Positions 29,609 to 39,692 are shown, numbered from the stretch's first letter. The stretch: DNA of 64,000 nt from Parcubacteria bacterium DG_74_1 (GCA_001303125.1 LJNE01000002.1:35564-99563), one strand, 5' to 3'. Notes: a model not told the origin generated them from the sequence alone. A program made the numbers and translations.

Positions 29609-30802
29609 CTAAATATATTTATTAATTGCTTTAACCAATATATTTATACTCTTATCGATCTCTCTAATAACCTTTTCTTTTCTCTTAAAAACCTCCTCTC
29701 GGTTAAACCATTGCCTATCGTTATAGTATTTTTTGATTAATGACAATGATTCTTCGATATTGGTGGTGCTGGAGTCAATCACTAAAAAATCATCTAAAAA
29801 CAAGGACATTATGTCTTTATATTTCGTGTGCCAAGACAAAGATACTACTGGCACACCCATAGATAGCGCCGATGCTAAGCCATGATATCTCTCTGCGATA
29901 TAGAAATCCAGTAGACCTATTATTGCTCTAACCTTTTTATAAGTTAACGAATTATCAGAAATCATAAAAATATTTTCTTTATTTTTTAAATTACTGTAAA
30001 TTTCTTCACACAGGATTGAATCGCGAGATGTTGGGTCTTCGTCTATTCCAAAAGAGTGCGGTATTAACAAAAGTTGTTTATTGTTCTGCTGAAAAAAACT
30101 AATAATTTCTTTACATAATATTTTATGATTTGAAAATTTATTGTCTATCACTGCGCTTGGTGAAAAACCAATAATTGGTTTTTTGCAATTTAATCCTAAA
30201 CTGGCAATATAACTAATTGCCCAATTTTTACTTTCCGGCGTTAAACTAATTGAAATATCTGGAAACGAAAAGATGGGAGCTTTTAGCCTTAGTTCTTCTA
30301 CGTCTTTTAGATTTTCACTCCCTCTAACAAAGACGAATGGTAAATTATTTAGAGCTCTTTTTACAAAAAACTTATATATTTTATCCGGAAAGGGACCATA
30401 TGATTTTGTAAACCTAAAATAAGGCTTTCTATAAAACCAATTTAAAATTTGTACGGACGTTGTATCAAGGTAATCTTTCCATTTAGTTTTAAAAGGGCTA
30501 TTGCCAACAAATTCTATACCGACTAAATTAATTATTATGTCGCTTCTTTCCAATCCATCTAACAAATTAATACACTCTTTTCTAAATAGCCTTGTTAACT
30601 TAGGAAGAGGAACAATATTTAATCCATATTTTTGAGCGAACGGCAAATCTTCTTTGTAATATTTTTCACGTATAAACAGCGTATATTCTGCATTAATATA
30701 CTTATTTAATTCTTCTATCAGAGACAAGACAATACCTTGGGCCCCATAATTATGGTTAAGGTAGGAAATGTTTATAATTAAAACCCTAATTGGTTTTTTC
30801 AT
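29609..30802 (-). CDS. Polysaccharide pyruvyl transferase (CsaB/WcaK family)
   Basis: YIAERYHGLASALSMGVPVVSLSW motif of PS_pyruv_trans. Confidence 0.8.
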   Translation of the reverse strand: MKKPIRVLIINISYLNHNYGAQGIVLSLIEELNKYINAEYTLFIREKYYKEDLPFAQKYGLNIVPLPKLTRLFRKECINLLDGLERSDIIINLVGIEFVGNSPFKTKWKDYLDTTSVQILNWFYRKPYFRFTKSYGPFPDKIYKFFVKRALNNLPFVFVRGSENLKDVEELRLKAPIFSFPDISISLTPESKNWAISYIASLGLNCKKPIIGFSPSAVIDNKFSNHKILCKEIISFFQQNNKQLLLIPHSFGIDEDPTSRDSILCEEIYSNLKNKENIFMISDNSLTYKKVRAIIGLLDFYIAERYHGLASALSMGVPVVSLSWHTKYKDIMSLFLDDFLVIDSSTTNIEESLSLIKKYYNDRQWFNREEVFKRKEKVIREIDKSINILVKAINKYI

Positions 30803-30931
30803 AAATTAGGCTTATCATCCCTGGCCAAAAATACTTTTACTAATAATCAATCGATGCTCATTTCTCCTTAAATAATTTCCCCTTTTTAGAATTTATACTT
30901 CCTATTATTTTATTTTTTTTGCTCATTTCTA

Positions 30932-32185
30932 CTACCATTCCCTAAGAAGTTTTTTAAGAAATTTCTTAACGGGTTTAGGTAGGGCAAGGAGAACTTTCTC
31001 GAATCTTTTGAAAAACGAAATATAAAAATCGGTGGCACAAAAATAGCTTAACTTATGTCTAAATTTATCTCTTATGGACAATGATCTCTTATAAATGTTT
31101 ACTATGCTAACTAAGCCTGAATTGGTTCTTAATAATTCTAATAGCTGATAATTCCTTTTTCGAGGATACCCAAAGTCTTTAACTGCTAGAAATTCAACTT
31201 CTCTACAAAAAATTTTGTTTTTTGCTTTACTAAAAAGCTCTTCCCCTTTATCGGTGTATACCAATACTTGAGATAATCCTTTTTTAAAATCTTCATTAAT
31301 TTTTTTAGGGTCGAAACCCCAGGCATCTCGTAAACGCAAGTCCGCATAAGAACCGTTTTTATAAGTATCACACTCTAGGCATGCATCTTGTAGGGCTTGC
31401 CTCGTTCTGAAAACATAAAGAAGAGGGTCCACATACTTATTTCTATAATACTGCTTCCCGTCTTTAAAAATAACTTTCATGCCCCAGAGAAGCCAACTTG
31501 ATGTTTTGTCACGCATATTCATTATCTTTATCCCACTTTTATTAATTTCCTTCATATAGTCGACAAATTTATCAACGGCGTTACGGCCCAAAACTCCCGC
31601 GCAATAAAGGTCAACTAATATTACATCTTCATACTCTTTTTTCCCGGTGATTACTTTCCTTAAAGCGCCAATCTGACAAGGCGTACCAATAACCACGTAT
31701 TTGCCATTTTTATTAATTCGAGAAAGAATATCCTGAAAGCGGCTCTGAAAATACTTAGACCCCCTTATTCTACTTAGATTCTCTTTCTTATCTATGACAA
31801 CGTGTTCCAGTTTAAAGGTTTTATAATCAAGCTCAGCGCCAATAACCCTATAACCATTTTCAATAGCTGTCTCAGCTAAAGCTGTAGCAAACCCTCCCGA
31901 GGAGCTGGGCCACCTAATCTCTTCTGTCCTGTAATACCCTACATAACTCTTTTTAGGAATTTCTCTAGGAGGAGGAAATTTTTCTGGAAATTTAGAACAA
32001 ACTTCCTGACATCGTCCACAATTCATACATTTACTTTCATCCACATGTGCTTTATAAAACCCATCTTTATCTAGTCCTAAGCTAATGGCTCCGGCTGGAC
32101 AAACTGCTTGACAAACCCCACAGCCAACACAACTATGATCACTTTTAACATTTATTGATTTGTCTAATATTTTTTTATTTCTCAC
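30932..32185 (-). CDS. FrhB/FdhB-like (coenzyme F420 hydrogenase beta-subunit family) protein with two 4Fe-4S ferredoxin motifs
   Basis: CVGCGVCQAVCP and CMNCGRCQEVC; a frequent partner of polysaccharide pyruvyltransferases. Confidence 0.75.
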   Translation of the reverse strand: MRNKKILDKSINVKSDHSCVGCGVCQAVCPAGAISLGLDKDGFYKAHVDESKCMNCGRCQEVCSKFPEKFPPPREIPKKSYVGYYRTEEIRWPSSSGGFATALAETAIENGYRVIGAELDYKTFKLEHVVIDKKENLSRIRGSKYFQSRFQDILSRINKNGKYVVIGTPCQIGALRKVITGKKEYEDVILVDLYCAGVLGRNAVDKFVDYMKEINKSGIKIMNMRDKTSSWLLWGMKVIFKDGKQYYRNKYVDPLLYVFRTRQALQDACLECDTYKNGSYADLRLRDAWGFDPKKINEDFKKGLSQVLVYTDKGEELFSKAKNKIFCREVEFLAVKDFGYPRKRNYQLLELLRTNSGLVSIVNIYKRSLSIRDKFRHKLSYFCATDFYISFFKRFEKVLLALPKPVKKFLKKLLREW

Positions 32186-33908
32186 AAAAATTTTTGTATT
32201 CTCCTGAGCTTATTAAATCCAAAATTTGTTTTACTTTTAATAGATTGGGCGGTATAAAATCCTGGCTCAAAGCCATGGGGACATCAAATATTTCTTCAAA
32301 AAACTTATTATGTTTTAATAAAACTTTACGGGCAAAAATTAAAAATTCTTTTCTACTTTCCCATACAAAATAATTGATGCCTGATCCACGCAAGAAATAA
32401 CTTAACGCATTTAAAAAAGTAATAAAAATAGATTTTTTATATCTATAAAAAGGTGGGAGACGATTATCTTGGATAACTATCTTAGATAACTCTGGAAATT
32501 TCTTTAAATAAAAATACATACGAAGTTTTTCATTCAAAAAATATTCTGGTTTCCATTTTGTATTTTCCCTCTTGCAATAAAGTGGTGAAAAAATAGAGTA
32601 ATTAATTTTTTTACAGTACATACTAAAAGTACAGTATTTATGATTGCTCGAGGAATGTTGTAATATAAACTTTTTATAAATTTCAATGTTATTTTTTTCT
32701 TTTCTCCGTTCACTTTTAACGAAACTTGCAATTTTTTCTTTTATTTTAAGGAAGTCTACTTCATTTATTAATTTCCTCCTCTTCCGACCCTTTATCTTTC
32801 TAAGAAGTGCTGGAAAAATCTGTGAAGCTTGTATATCTAGAATAAATGAGCTCAGTTTTTTGGGCCCCTTAGACAGTCCCCACTTCTGAAGAATACTGTC
32901 TACCAATTCTTTATCGCTCATCTCTTGAATATTCGGTGGAAGATATGCTCCAAATAATTCTCCTCCTTCCATTCCGGTAAGAAAAATATCAAAGCCAGGA
33001 AGTTCCCATTCTTCCACGGTATCCAAATATCTTGCCTTAGTCATTGGGGAAAATCTTGTTATCAAATAACTTTTACGTTCAAGAGTTGTACATTCGGGCG
33101 AAATTTCATACAGTTTCAGATTAAAAATTTTTGCCAGTTTCCGAGCGCTAACATGATCCTTGGTGACAAATAACTTATTTAGTCTTTTCTCTCCAATTAT
33201 AAAACTTTTCACTTCTATCTTATTGTTCGCTGCATAATGAGGAACTAATCTAGAATCAAGCCCACCGCTTAAACCAATCCCAAAAGTTGCCGTAGGATGT
33301 TTTTCTTTTATTTTTTTTAAAGTATTGTTTATCAAACGATCTATCCTTTCAACGGCTGTATCAATATTGTCACAACTCTTTACATCAAGTTTAAACTCAA
33401 AATATATATTTATATCCAATCTCTGCTCTTTTACTGAGAAGCTACCAATAATGGCTGGAGGGAAAAAATTCAGAAATTTAATAATCGTTCTAAAAAATAA
33501 CGGTCTATCAAAAACAACAAATTCTTTTATTGCTTCAATATCAAAATCTGACTCTTTAGGTTCAATTATATTTACAATTTGCCAAAAATCATCAGAAATA
33601 ATGAAGCTTGTTTTATTGTAATAGTAGAAAACACTTTCTCTTCCAAGTCTGTCATTAGCAAAATATATTTGACCTGAAATAGAATCGTAGAAAATAATAA
33701 AAAACTCTCCTTCTATTTCTTTAATCATTTCTATCCCCTTCCTATGAATTGCGTCGAAAATCTCTCCTTCGCTTTCATATGGAGAAAAGGTGCTCCCCTT
33801 TAAAAATAGAAAATTATTTCCACTCTTATAAAAATCCTCTGACTTAACGTAAAGCTGATCAATTTTTTTACTATTTGATATTGGTTTATTAGATATTACA
33901 AATGCCAT
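32175..33908 (-). CDS. Asparagine synthetase B-family amidotransferase-like protein (WbpS-like); N-terminal nucleophile Cys absent
   Basis: PP-loop GIGLSGGLDSRLV; N-terminus MAFVIS, not MCGI; in-frame stop immediately upstream of the ATG. Confidence 0.7.
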   Translation of the reverse strand: MAFVISNKPISNSKKIDQLYVKSEDFYKSGNNFLFLKGSTFSPYESEGEIFDAIHRKGIEMIKEIEGEFFIIFYDSISGQIYFANDRLGRESVFYYYNKTSFIISDDFWQIVNIIEPKESDFDIEAIKEFVVFDRPLFFRTIIKFLNFFPPAIIGSFSVKEQRLDINIYFEFKLDVKSCDNIDTAVERIDRLINNTLKKIKEKHPTATFGIGLSGGLDSRLVPHYAANNKIEVKSFIIGEKRLNKLFVTKDHVSARKLAKIFNLKLYEISPECTTLERKSYLITRFSPMTKARYLDTVEEWELPGFDIFLTGMEGGELFGAYLPPNIQEMSDKELVDSILQKWGLSKGPKKLSSFILDIQASQIFPALLRKIKGRKRRKLINEVDFLKIKEKIASFVKSERRKEKNNIEIYKKFILQHSSSNHKYCTFSMYCKKINYSIFSPLYCKRENTKWKPEYFLNEKLRMYFYLKKFPELSKIVIQDNRLPPFYRYKKSIFITFLNALSYFLRGSGINYFVWESRKEFLIFARKVLLKHNKFFEEIFDVPMALSQDFIPPNLLKVKQILDLISSGEYKNFCEK

Positions 33909-33995
33909 ATTATTTTATATAAACACTACTTACTAGAATTTAATCCAGCGTCTTTATTTTGCAGTCCTTCTCTTAAAGGAGCGGCTTTAATAAAA

Positions 33996-35141
33996 TTAGG
34001 TCTTGCCCCTTTTACTATTAAAATTTTTCTTTTCTTTTTTATAAAAATCAATTATCTTTTTTATAATAAAATTCTGCCTTTTTTTTCTAAGTTCAGGGTA
34101 AATTGGCAGAGACAAAACTTCCTTAGCGACTCTTTCGGCTTCGGGAAAATTACCTTCTTTATAATTAAGGTATTTAAACGCCGGCTGTAAATGTAAGGAT
34201 AAAGGATAATAAATCATCGTCGGAATTCCTTTTTCTTCCAAGTATTTCCGAAGTTTATCTCTTGATTTAGTTCTTATCGTATATTGATGAAAAATATGAT
34301 TTCTTTTGGACTCGGTAAGCGGAGTTATAATATCTTCCACCCTCTTTAACTTTTTACTGTAATAAGATGCTCTTTCCGCTCTTTCCTCGCTCCACCTGGA
34401 TAAATATCTCAACTTTACCCTTAAGATTGCTGCCTGTAGTGCGTCTAATCTGGAATTTGTTCCGATACTTAAATTCAAGTATTTTTCTTTTGGAGAAGAA
34501 CCGTGGTTTTTTAATAATCTAATTTTTTCGGCTAATTTTTTCTTATTAGTTATAATCATACCGCCATCACCATAGGCGCCGAGATTTTTTGAGGGGAAAA
34601 AAGAAAAACATCCCAAATCGCCTATCGCCCCAGCTTTCTTTCCCTTATATTCTGCGCCAATTGCCTGAGCTGCGTCTTCAACGACACATAAATTATGCTT
34701 TCTGGCAATTCTCATTATTACTGTCATATCTGCCATTTGACCAAAAAGATGAACCGGAAGAATCACTCTTGTTTTTTTAGTGATTGCTTTTTCTATTTTT
34801 GAAGAATTTATGTTAAAAGTATTGGGATCAATATCTACAAAAATAGGTTTGGCGCCACAATTGGCGATTACTCCAGCTGTAGCAATAAAAGTAAAAGGAG
34901 TAGTAATTATTTCGTCGCCCGGTCCAATACCTAAGGATTTTAAAGACAGGAAAAGAGCATCTGTGCCGGAATTTACACCAATGGCATATTTTACTCCGCA
35001 AAATTTAGCCACTTCTTTCTCAAGCTCTTGCACCCCCTTTCCTCCGATAAAATTAGCGTCATCTAAAACTCTTTTGATGGCGGTATCAATTTCTTTTTTT
35101 ATCGATTTATATTGCGCCGTTAAATCTAAAAATTTTATCAT
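33996..35141 (-). CDS. DegT-family aminotransferase (WbpE/PglE-like)
   Basis: [27 protein letters not shown]; adjacent to WbpD/WbpB/WbpA homologues. Confidence 0.85.
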   Translation of the reverse strand: MIKFLDLTAQYKSIKKEIDTAIKRVLDDANFIGGKGVQELEKEVAKFCGVKYAIGVNSGTDALFLSLKSLGIGPGDEIITTPFTFIATAGVIANCGAKPIFVDIDPNTFNINSSKIEKAITKKTRVILPVHLFGQMADMTVIMRIARKHNLCVVEDAAQAIGAEYKGKKAGAIGDLGCFSFFPSKNLGAYGDGGMIITNKKKLAEKIRLLKNHGSSPKEKYLNLSIGTNSRLDALQAAILRVKLRYLSRWSEERAERASYYSKKLKRVEDIITPLTESKRNHIFHQYTIRTKSRDKLRKYLEEKGIPTMIYYPLSLHLQPAFKYLNYKEGNFPEAERVAKEVLSLPIYPELRKKRQNFIIKKIIDFYKKEKKNFNSKRGKT

Positions 35142-35560
35142 AAAGGCCGCGCGGGATTACCGACAACCGTTATATTAGCCGGAACGTTTTTGGTTACCAC
35201 CGCGCCGGCCCCAACCATAACATTCTCACCAATAGTGATTCCGGGAAGTATTATTGCGCCAGCTCCGATTTTTGCACCGCGCTTGACAAGAACCGGCTGC
35301 CACGCTTTTCCATCAGATGGTGGTCTTTTGTCATTAGTAAAACAAGCATGAGGGCCGACAAAAACATTGTCTTCTATAGTCACGCCATCCGGAATAAAGG
35401 CAAAGGCCTGAATTTTGCAATTGTTGCCGATTTTGACTTTGGCGCCAATCCAAACGTGAGAATGAATCCTGCAGTTATCTCCGATAACGGCGGCCTTGGA
35501 TATATTAGAAAGCTCGGGGTGATAAATGATGGTATTTTTATTTTTCATAAATTTTCTCAA
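35138..35560 (-). CDS. Hexapeptide-repeat N-acetyltransferase (WbpD/PglD-like)
   Basis: Left-handed beta-helix hexapeptide repeats ([26 protein letters not shown]...). Confidence 0.8.
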   Translation of the reverse strand: MRKFMKNKNTIIYHPELSNISKAAVIGDNCRIHSHVWIGAKVKIGNNCKIQAFAFIPDGVTIEDNVFVGPHACFTNDKRPPSDGKAWQPVLVKRGAKIGAGAIILPGITIGENVMVGAGAVVTKNVPANITVVGNPARPL

Positions 35561-36314
35561 TTAATTTAATTGATTTAAGAGCTTCTGGAGGAGCAATCCC
35601 CCTCCCCTCCAATAAATCTTTGTAGACATAGAAGTGTAGGTTTTCTTTCGCGGCAAAATCGTAATTGACGCCATTGACTTTGAATAACCTCCTCTGGTTA
35701 TCTCTTGGCGCTTCGGCGCTTATCTGCCAGTTACAGGAATAATTTTCCCCAGTAATTTCTCCCCGGCCGGTCTTATAACTTAACGATTTTGTCAGTATTT
35801 CAGTCGGCTCTCCAAATAAATAAAGCAGCAAATCAAAATAGTGAATTCCTAAATTGAAAATGATACCTCCCGATTTTTCTTCTATCCCCTTCCAGCTTTT
35901 CCAATAATTTTCGTCTCGGTGAACGGAAATGTCTATCTCAATTTGGCATTGTTCGTCTTCCTTAAACTTTGTTTTTATTTTTTTTACAGCAGGATGATAT
36001 CTTAGCTGAAAAACTGTAAAAATGTTTGGATATTTAGCTAAAATTTTTATCTCTTCTGATCTTAAAGCTAAAGGCTTTTCGCACAGAACTATTTTTCCAT
36101 ATTCGGCTGAAAATTTTGCCATTTCAAAGTGAAGGTGGTTCGGCGCCAAGATAACAACGCAGTCAGCCTCAGTCTTTTTGACCATTTCTCTCCAAGTATC
36201 AGGACCATCAAGGACATCTACTACGCTCGCGATATCTCCGCCAACCTGAGAAATGGCTTGGGCGTGAAGATTATAGATGAAACCCTTTCCGATAACAGCG
36301 AATTTTTTATTCAT
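35538..36314 (-). CDS. Gfo/Idh/MocA-family oxidoreductase (WbpB-like)
   Basis: N-terminal Rossmann FAVIGKGFI; Gfo/Idh/MocA C-terminal domain. Confidence 0.75.
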   Translation of the reverse strand: MNKKFAVIGKGFIYNLHAQAISQVGGDIASVVDVLDGPDTWREMVKKTEADCVVILAPNHLHFEMAKFSAEYGKIVLCEKPLALRSEEIKILAKYPNIFTVFQLRYHPAVKKIKTKFKEDEQCQIEIDISVHRDENYWKSWKGIEEKSGGIIFNLGIHYFDLLLYLFGEPTEILTKSLSYKTGRGEITGENYSCNWQISAEAPRDNQRRLFKVNGVNYDFAAKENLHFYVYKDLLEGRGIAPPEALKSIKLIEKIYEK

Positions 36315-36319
36315 TAGAA

Positions 36320-37639
36320 TTACAACCGGAAGACGTTTTTATGCCTTCTTGACTTAATGGCATTTCTGGTATCAACGACCAGTTTTGATTTTTTGGCTAA
36401 TTTATCGTAATCAAACCCGGAGTGATCGGTTAAAATCAAAACTAAATCATATTCTTTAATTTTTTTAAGAGAATATTTGATTGATCTTAAAAGATATTTT
36501 CTCTTTAAGATACGGTGCTCTACGTAAAGCTTTTTAACAAAAGGGTCAAAATAATCCACTCTCGCTCCTTTTCTGATTAAATCGGCAATAATGTCAAAGG
36601 CGGCCGACTCCCTGGTGTCGCCGATATCTCCTTTATAGCTTGCCCCCCAGACCAACACTTTGGCTTTTCTTACAGCTTTTCCCTTAAGATTTAAAACCCA
36701 GATAATCTTGGTCATAACGTAATGAGGCATTTGTTCGTTGATTTCGCCAGCCAAGTCAATGAATTTTGTCCAGAAATTGTATCTTTTGGCCGTATAATTC
36801 AGAAAAAAAGGCGTAATGGGTATACAATGACCAGCACATTTAGGGGAAGGATAAAAAGGCATAAAGCCGTAAGGTTTTGTTTTGGCCGCTTCAATCACTT
36901 CCCAAATATCAATTCCCATTCTACCTACCAGAAGCGCCAGTTCGTTTATCATTGAAATATTGACCAAGCGGAAGGTGTTTTCCAGAATTTTGGTCATTTC
37001 GGCGGCAGTAGCCGAGCTTAAAGGAAAAACTTGGGCTTCAATAAAACTGCGGTAAAATTCAGCAGCCAGCCGGGTGCATTCTTTAGTTATACCGCCCACC
37101 GCTCTTGATACGTCTTTTAATCTATATTTTTCATTACCCGGGTCTAGCCTTTCTGGGCAATGAGCCAAAAAGAAATGCTTGCCTACCTTTAATTTGTTTT
37201 TTGCCAATGCGGGCAAAATTACTTTTTGTGTTGTCTCAGGATATGTACTGCTTTCCAAAATAATCAATTGCTCCTTTCTTAAATACTTCGCTACTTCTTT
37301 GGTCGTGGAGAGAATATAAGAAATGTCTGGATTTTTATTTTTATCCAAAGGAGTAGGGACACAAATTAAAATAATGTTCGCCTTTTTAAGGGGCAGATAA
37401 TTGTTAAAAGCCGCTAATTTCTTGTTTTTAATGACTTCTTTGAGTTCTTTTGAGGAAATGTCTAAAATATAAGATTTCCCTTTGTTTACCGAATCAACTC
37501 TTTGTTTCTTAATGTCTATACCAAAAACCTGATAGCCAGCTTTGGTCAATTCCACGGCCGTAGGTAAGCCGACGTAGCCCAAACCGATTACGGCCACTTT
37601 GGCTTTTTTTGTCTTGATTAGATCTGTTAAACTGGTCAT
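36320..37639 (-). CDS. UDP-N-acetyl-D-glucosamine/mannosamine 6-dehydrogenase (WbpA/WecC family)
   Basis: KVAVIGLGYVGLPTAVEL; catalytic Cys region PKCAGHC; UDPG_MGDP_dh C-terminus. Confidence 0.85.
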   Translation of the reverse strand: MTSLTDLIKTKKAKVAVIGLGYVGLPTAVELTKAGYQVFGIDIKKQRVDSVNKGKSYILDISSKELKEVIKNKKLAAFNNYLPLKKANIILICVPTPLDKNKNPDISYILSTTKEVAKYLRKEQLIILESSTYPETTQKVILPALAKNKLKVGKHFFLAHCPERLDPGNEKYRLKDVSRAVGGITKECTRLAAEFYRSFIEAQVFPLSSATAAEMTKILENTFRLVNISMINELALLVGRMGIDIWEVIEAAKTKPYGFMPFYPSPKCAGHCIPITPFFLNYTAKRYNFWTKFIDLAGEINEQMPHYVMTKIIWVLNLKGKAVRKAKVLVWGASYKGDIGDTRESAAFDIIADLIRKGARVDYFDPFVKKLYVEHRILKRKYLLRSIKYSLKKIKEYDLVLILTDHSGFDYDKLAKKSKLVVDTRNAIKSRRHKNVFRL

Positions 37640-37660
37640 GAAAAAACTTAAAAACCAGAA

Positions 37661-37909
37661 TCACCATCTTTCAATGGTTCTTCTGGTTTTTTCACGAATT
37701 TTATTGTAAGTCCTGTAGACCTTTTTTTCCAATTTCGGAGAAACCAACTGCAGAATCTCGTCGCCCCAAATTCGGTAAGTTCCGCCAACTTTGTATGCCT
37801 TAATAATGCCTTTCTTGAGCATTCTTTTCATTGTACTGGAGCTGATTTTCAGAAAATCCCTAGCTTCTTCGGTAGTATAAATTTTTTTAGGCTTGATTTC
37901 TTCAATCAT
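37661..37909 (-). CDS. Small excisionase/MerR-family HTH DNA-binding protein
   Basis: IYTTEEARDFLKISSSTMKRMLKKGIIKAYKVGGTYRIWGDEIL matches the excisionase-family HTH pattern. Confidence 0.75.
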   Translation of the reverse strand: MIEEIKPKKIYTTEEARDFLKISSSTMKRMLKKGIIKAYKVGGTYRIWGDEILQLVSPKLEKKVYRTYNKIREKTRRTIERW

Positions 37910-37932
37910 AGAAACGGTTTTATACTAATTCT

Positions 37933-37981
37933 ATAATAAGACACCCCAAAAGAGGTGTCAAGAGGTGTCAAGAGGTGTCAA
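37933..37981 (-). promoter_or_regulatory. sigma70-type promoter with a triplicated -35: three tandem TTGACACCTC units, then TATTAT
   Basis: Minus-strand TTGACA at 37956-61, 37966-71 and 37976-81. 17-nt spacer contains the palindrome GACACC-N8-GGTGTC. -10 TATTAT at 37933-38. Confidence 0.6.
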
Positions 37982-37982
37982 A

Positions 37983-39692
37983 TTAAGAGTTTTTCAAACT
38001 GTTAATTTTATTTCGGGTGGCTGGGCCGAAATAGCCCGTACCCTTTTCCAGGTCCAGAGGGTATAAAATTTCTTCAGCGTATTTCTCCTGAAAGCGGATG
38101 ACCGCCGCCTGAGTTAAAGAAAGAAAATTGCCCGTAACCAGACCCTCAGGATAGATATCGGGCCCTTGTTCTTTTAAAAATTGCTGAAGGCAGCTAACTT
38201 CTACAGAATCCCATATTCCATAATAAAGATCGTTGTCAAATCTATTACAGGAAACCGGAGTTAACCCCTTGAGGGCCGCGATCTTTGCTTCATATTCGGC
38301 GATTTTTCTTTTCAGTTCTTCAATTTGCGCCAAGAGCTGATTAACTGCCTCGGGTCCCTTTTCTTTTTCAGTTTTTTCATCGACGGTAATCTTCCAAGAA
38401 AAAGAAATTGATTCTTCGTGACCATTAAATCCGGAGGTCTTGCTCTCGACAAAAGGAATAATAGTTAAAGAACTGTATTCTGCACCGAACCCGGAAAGAG
38501 TAATTTCTCCTTTTTGTTCTTCATTTAAGGAAACAAATTTAACCGAGCAGCTATTATTAAAATCGCAAACCAAATAAGGAACCTTAAAGACGACTTCGTC
38601 TAGTCCGTCAAACTCTAAAACAAGATCACTGCCACCACCAAGAAACCTGTGCCAATTCAAGCCCCAATAAGTAGTATCGTGATAATTAGACATAACGGTT
38701 TCTGCTCTTGGTAGATAATAAAAAGTGGGGGTGATATGAAAATCTTGAAGATGCTTATTCAGGTAACAATATTCATCTCCTAGATTGCAGTCGTTGACCA
38801 AAAGAGTGACCGCCCAATCGCTGAAAATTTGGGAAAAATTTTTGCCATAATTATTTTTCGTCAGAGCGTAGTTGACACTCTCGATACCTGTATAATCTGA
38901 TTGTAAAGAATCAACCAAAATTTTCACCCCGTAATGGTCAACCAGATATTGGGTGAATAAATTTATCGCACCATAATCTTCTTTCTTATTAAGCCATTCC
39001 GTCAGAGAAATCTGCGAATTTCTTAAGAATTCATTAACTCTTCTTTCCAAAATACTTCCTCTATAAACGTCGTTATAACCCAAAAAGGTGGCTGAATACT
39101 CTGCCCTGGCTTCATTGAGCCAGATCTCTTCGTTGACGCCGCGAAGCAGGTTCTTCTGATTAATCGTTATTAAGTGAGTAAACTCGTGGGCCAAAAAGGC
39201 TTTAGCCTCGGGCTTATCAATATACCGGCTATTTAAATAAAGCAACTCTCTTTCGTTTGATTTCGGGTATTCAAACCTTGAATAAATATCACCAGTATTA
39301 TAGTAACCGCCGGCATCGGAAATCATCGGATGGAGTAAAACGGTTATTATTTCTGAGCCATCAATGCCCGGTTTCGGCTCTGAACCAAAAGCTTTAGTTA
39401 AAGTAGGATAGATTTTTCTTTCAAATTCAATACCCAGATTATAGAAAACCACGTCCAAGCTTTGCCTTTCTGCGCGACTAAGTTCCTCCCACCAAATCTT
39501 ATCAGCATAAAAATATAACTGGTCAGTGCTTTTTACTAAAACAGCGGTTAGTTCCTTTCTGCCCTGCGAATCATAAGAAGGGTCAACGTTAAAATCAACT
39601 TCTCCGTCAATAGTTTGCGCATCGATAACTAAAGGCACCAGCAAAGAAATGGCTAAAGTTATAACAAGTTTTGATTTAAAATTTCTAAACAT
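37983..39692 (-). CDS. Secreted zinc metalloprotease-like protein (HExxH) with coiled coil and C-terminal peptidoglycan-binding (PG_binding_1-like) domain
   Basis: Signal peptide MFRNFKSKLVITLAISLLVPLVIDAQ; AHEFTHL; C-terminal ...AVIRFQEKYAEEILYPLDLEKGTGYFGPATR. Confidence 0.7.
   Translation of the reverse strand: MFRNFKSKLVITLAISLLVPLVIDAQTIDGEVDFNVDPSYDSQGRKELTAVLVKSTDQLYFYADKIWWEELSRAERQSLDVVFYNLGIEFERKIYPTLTKAFGSEPKPGIDGSEIITVLLHPMISDAGGYYNTGDIYSRFEYPKSNERELLYLNSRYIDKPEAKAFLAHEFTHLITINQKNLLRGVNEEIWLNEARAEYSATFLGYNDVYRGSILERRVNEFLRNSQISLTEWLNKKEDYGAINLFTQYLVDHYGVKILVDSLQSDYTGIESVNYALTKNNYGKNFSQIFSDWAVTLLVNDCNLGDEYCYLNKHLQDFHITPTFYYLPRAETVMSNYHDTTYWGLNWHRFLGGGSDLVLEFDGLDEVVFKVPYLVCDFNNSCSVKFVSLNEEQKGEITLSGFGAEYSSLTIIPFVESKTSGFNGHEESISFSWKITVDEKTEKEKGPEAVNQLLAQIEELKRKIAEYEAKIAALKGLTPVSCNRFDNDLYYGIWDSVEVSCLQQFLKEQGPDIYPEGLVTGNFLSLTQAAVIRFQEKYAEEILYPLDLEKGTGYFGPATRNKINSLKNS

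Noticed and set aside
37950-37979. CRISPR-like array (three 10-bp direct repeats)
   Set aside because: Repeats are 10 bp with no spacers and no cas genes. They are tandem promoter or operator units, not CRISPR.
37661-37982. Possible integrative mobile element or prophage remnant, suggested by an excisionase-family HTH gene and direct repeats
   Set aside because: No integrase, recombinase, att-like flanking repeats, tRNA target or phage genes in the window. The repeats are promoter -35 units. The HTH is more likely a stand-alone regulator.
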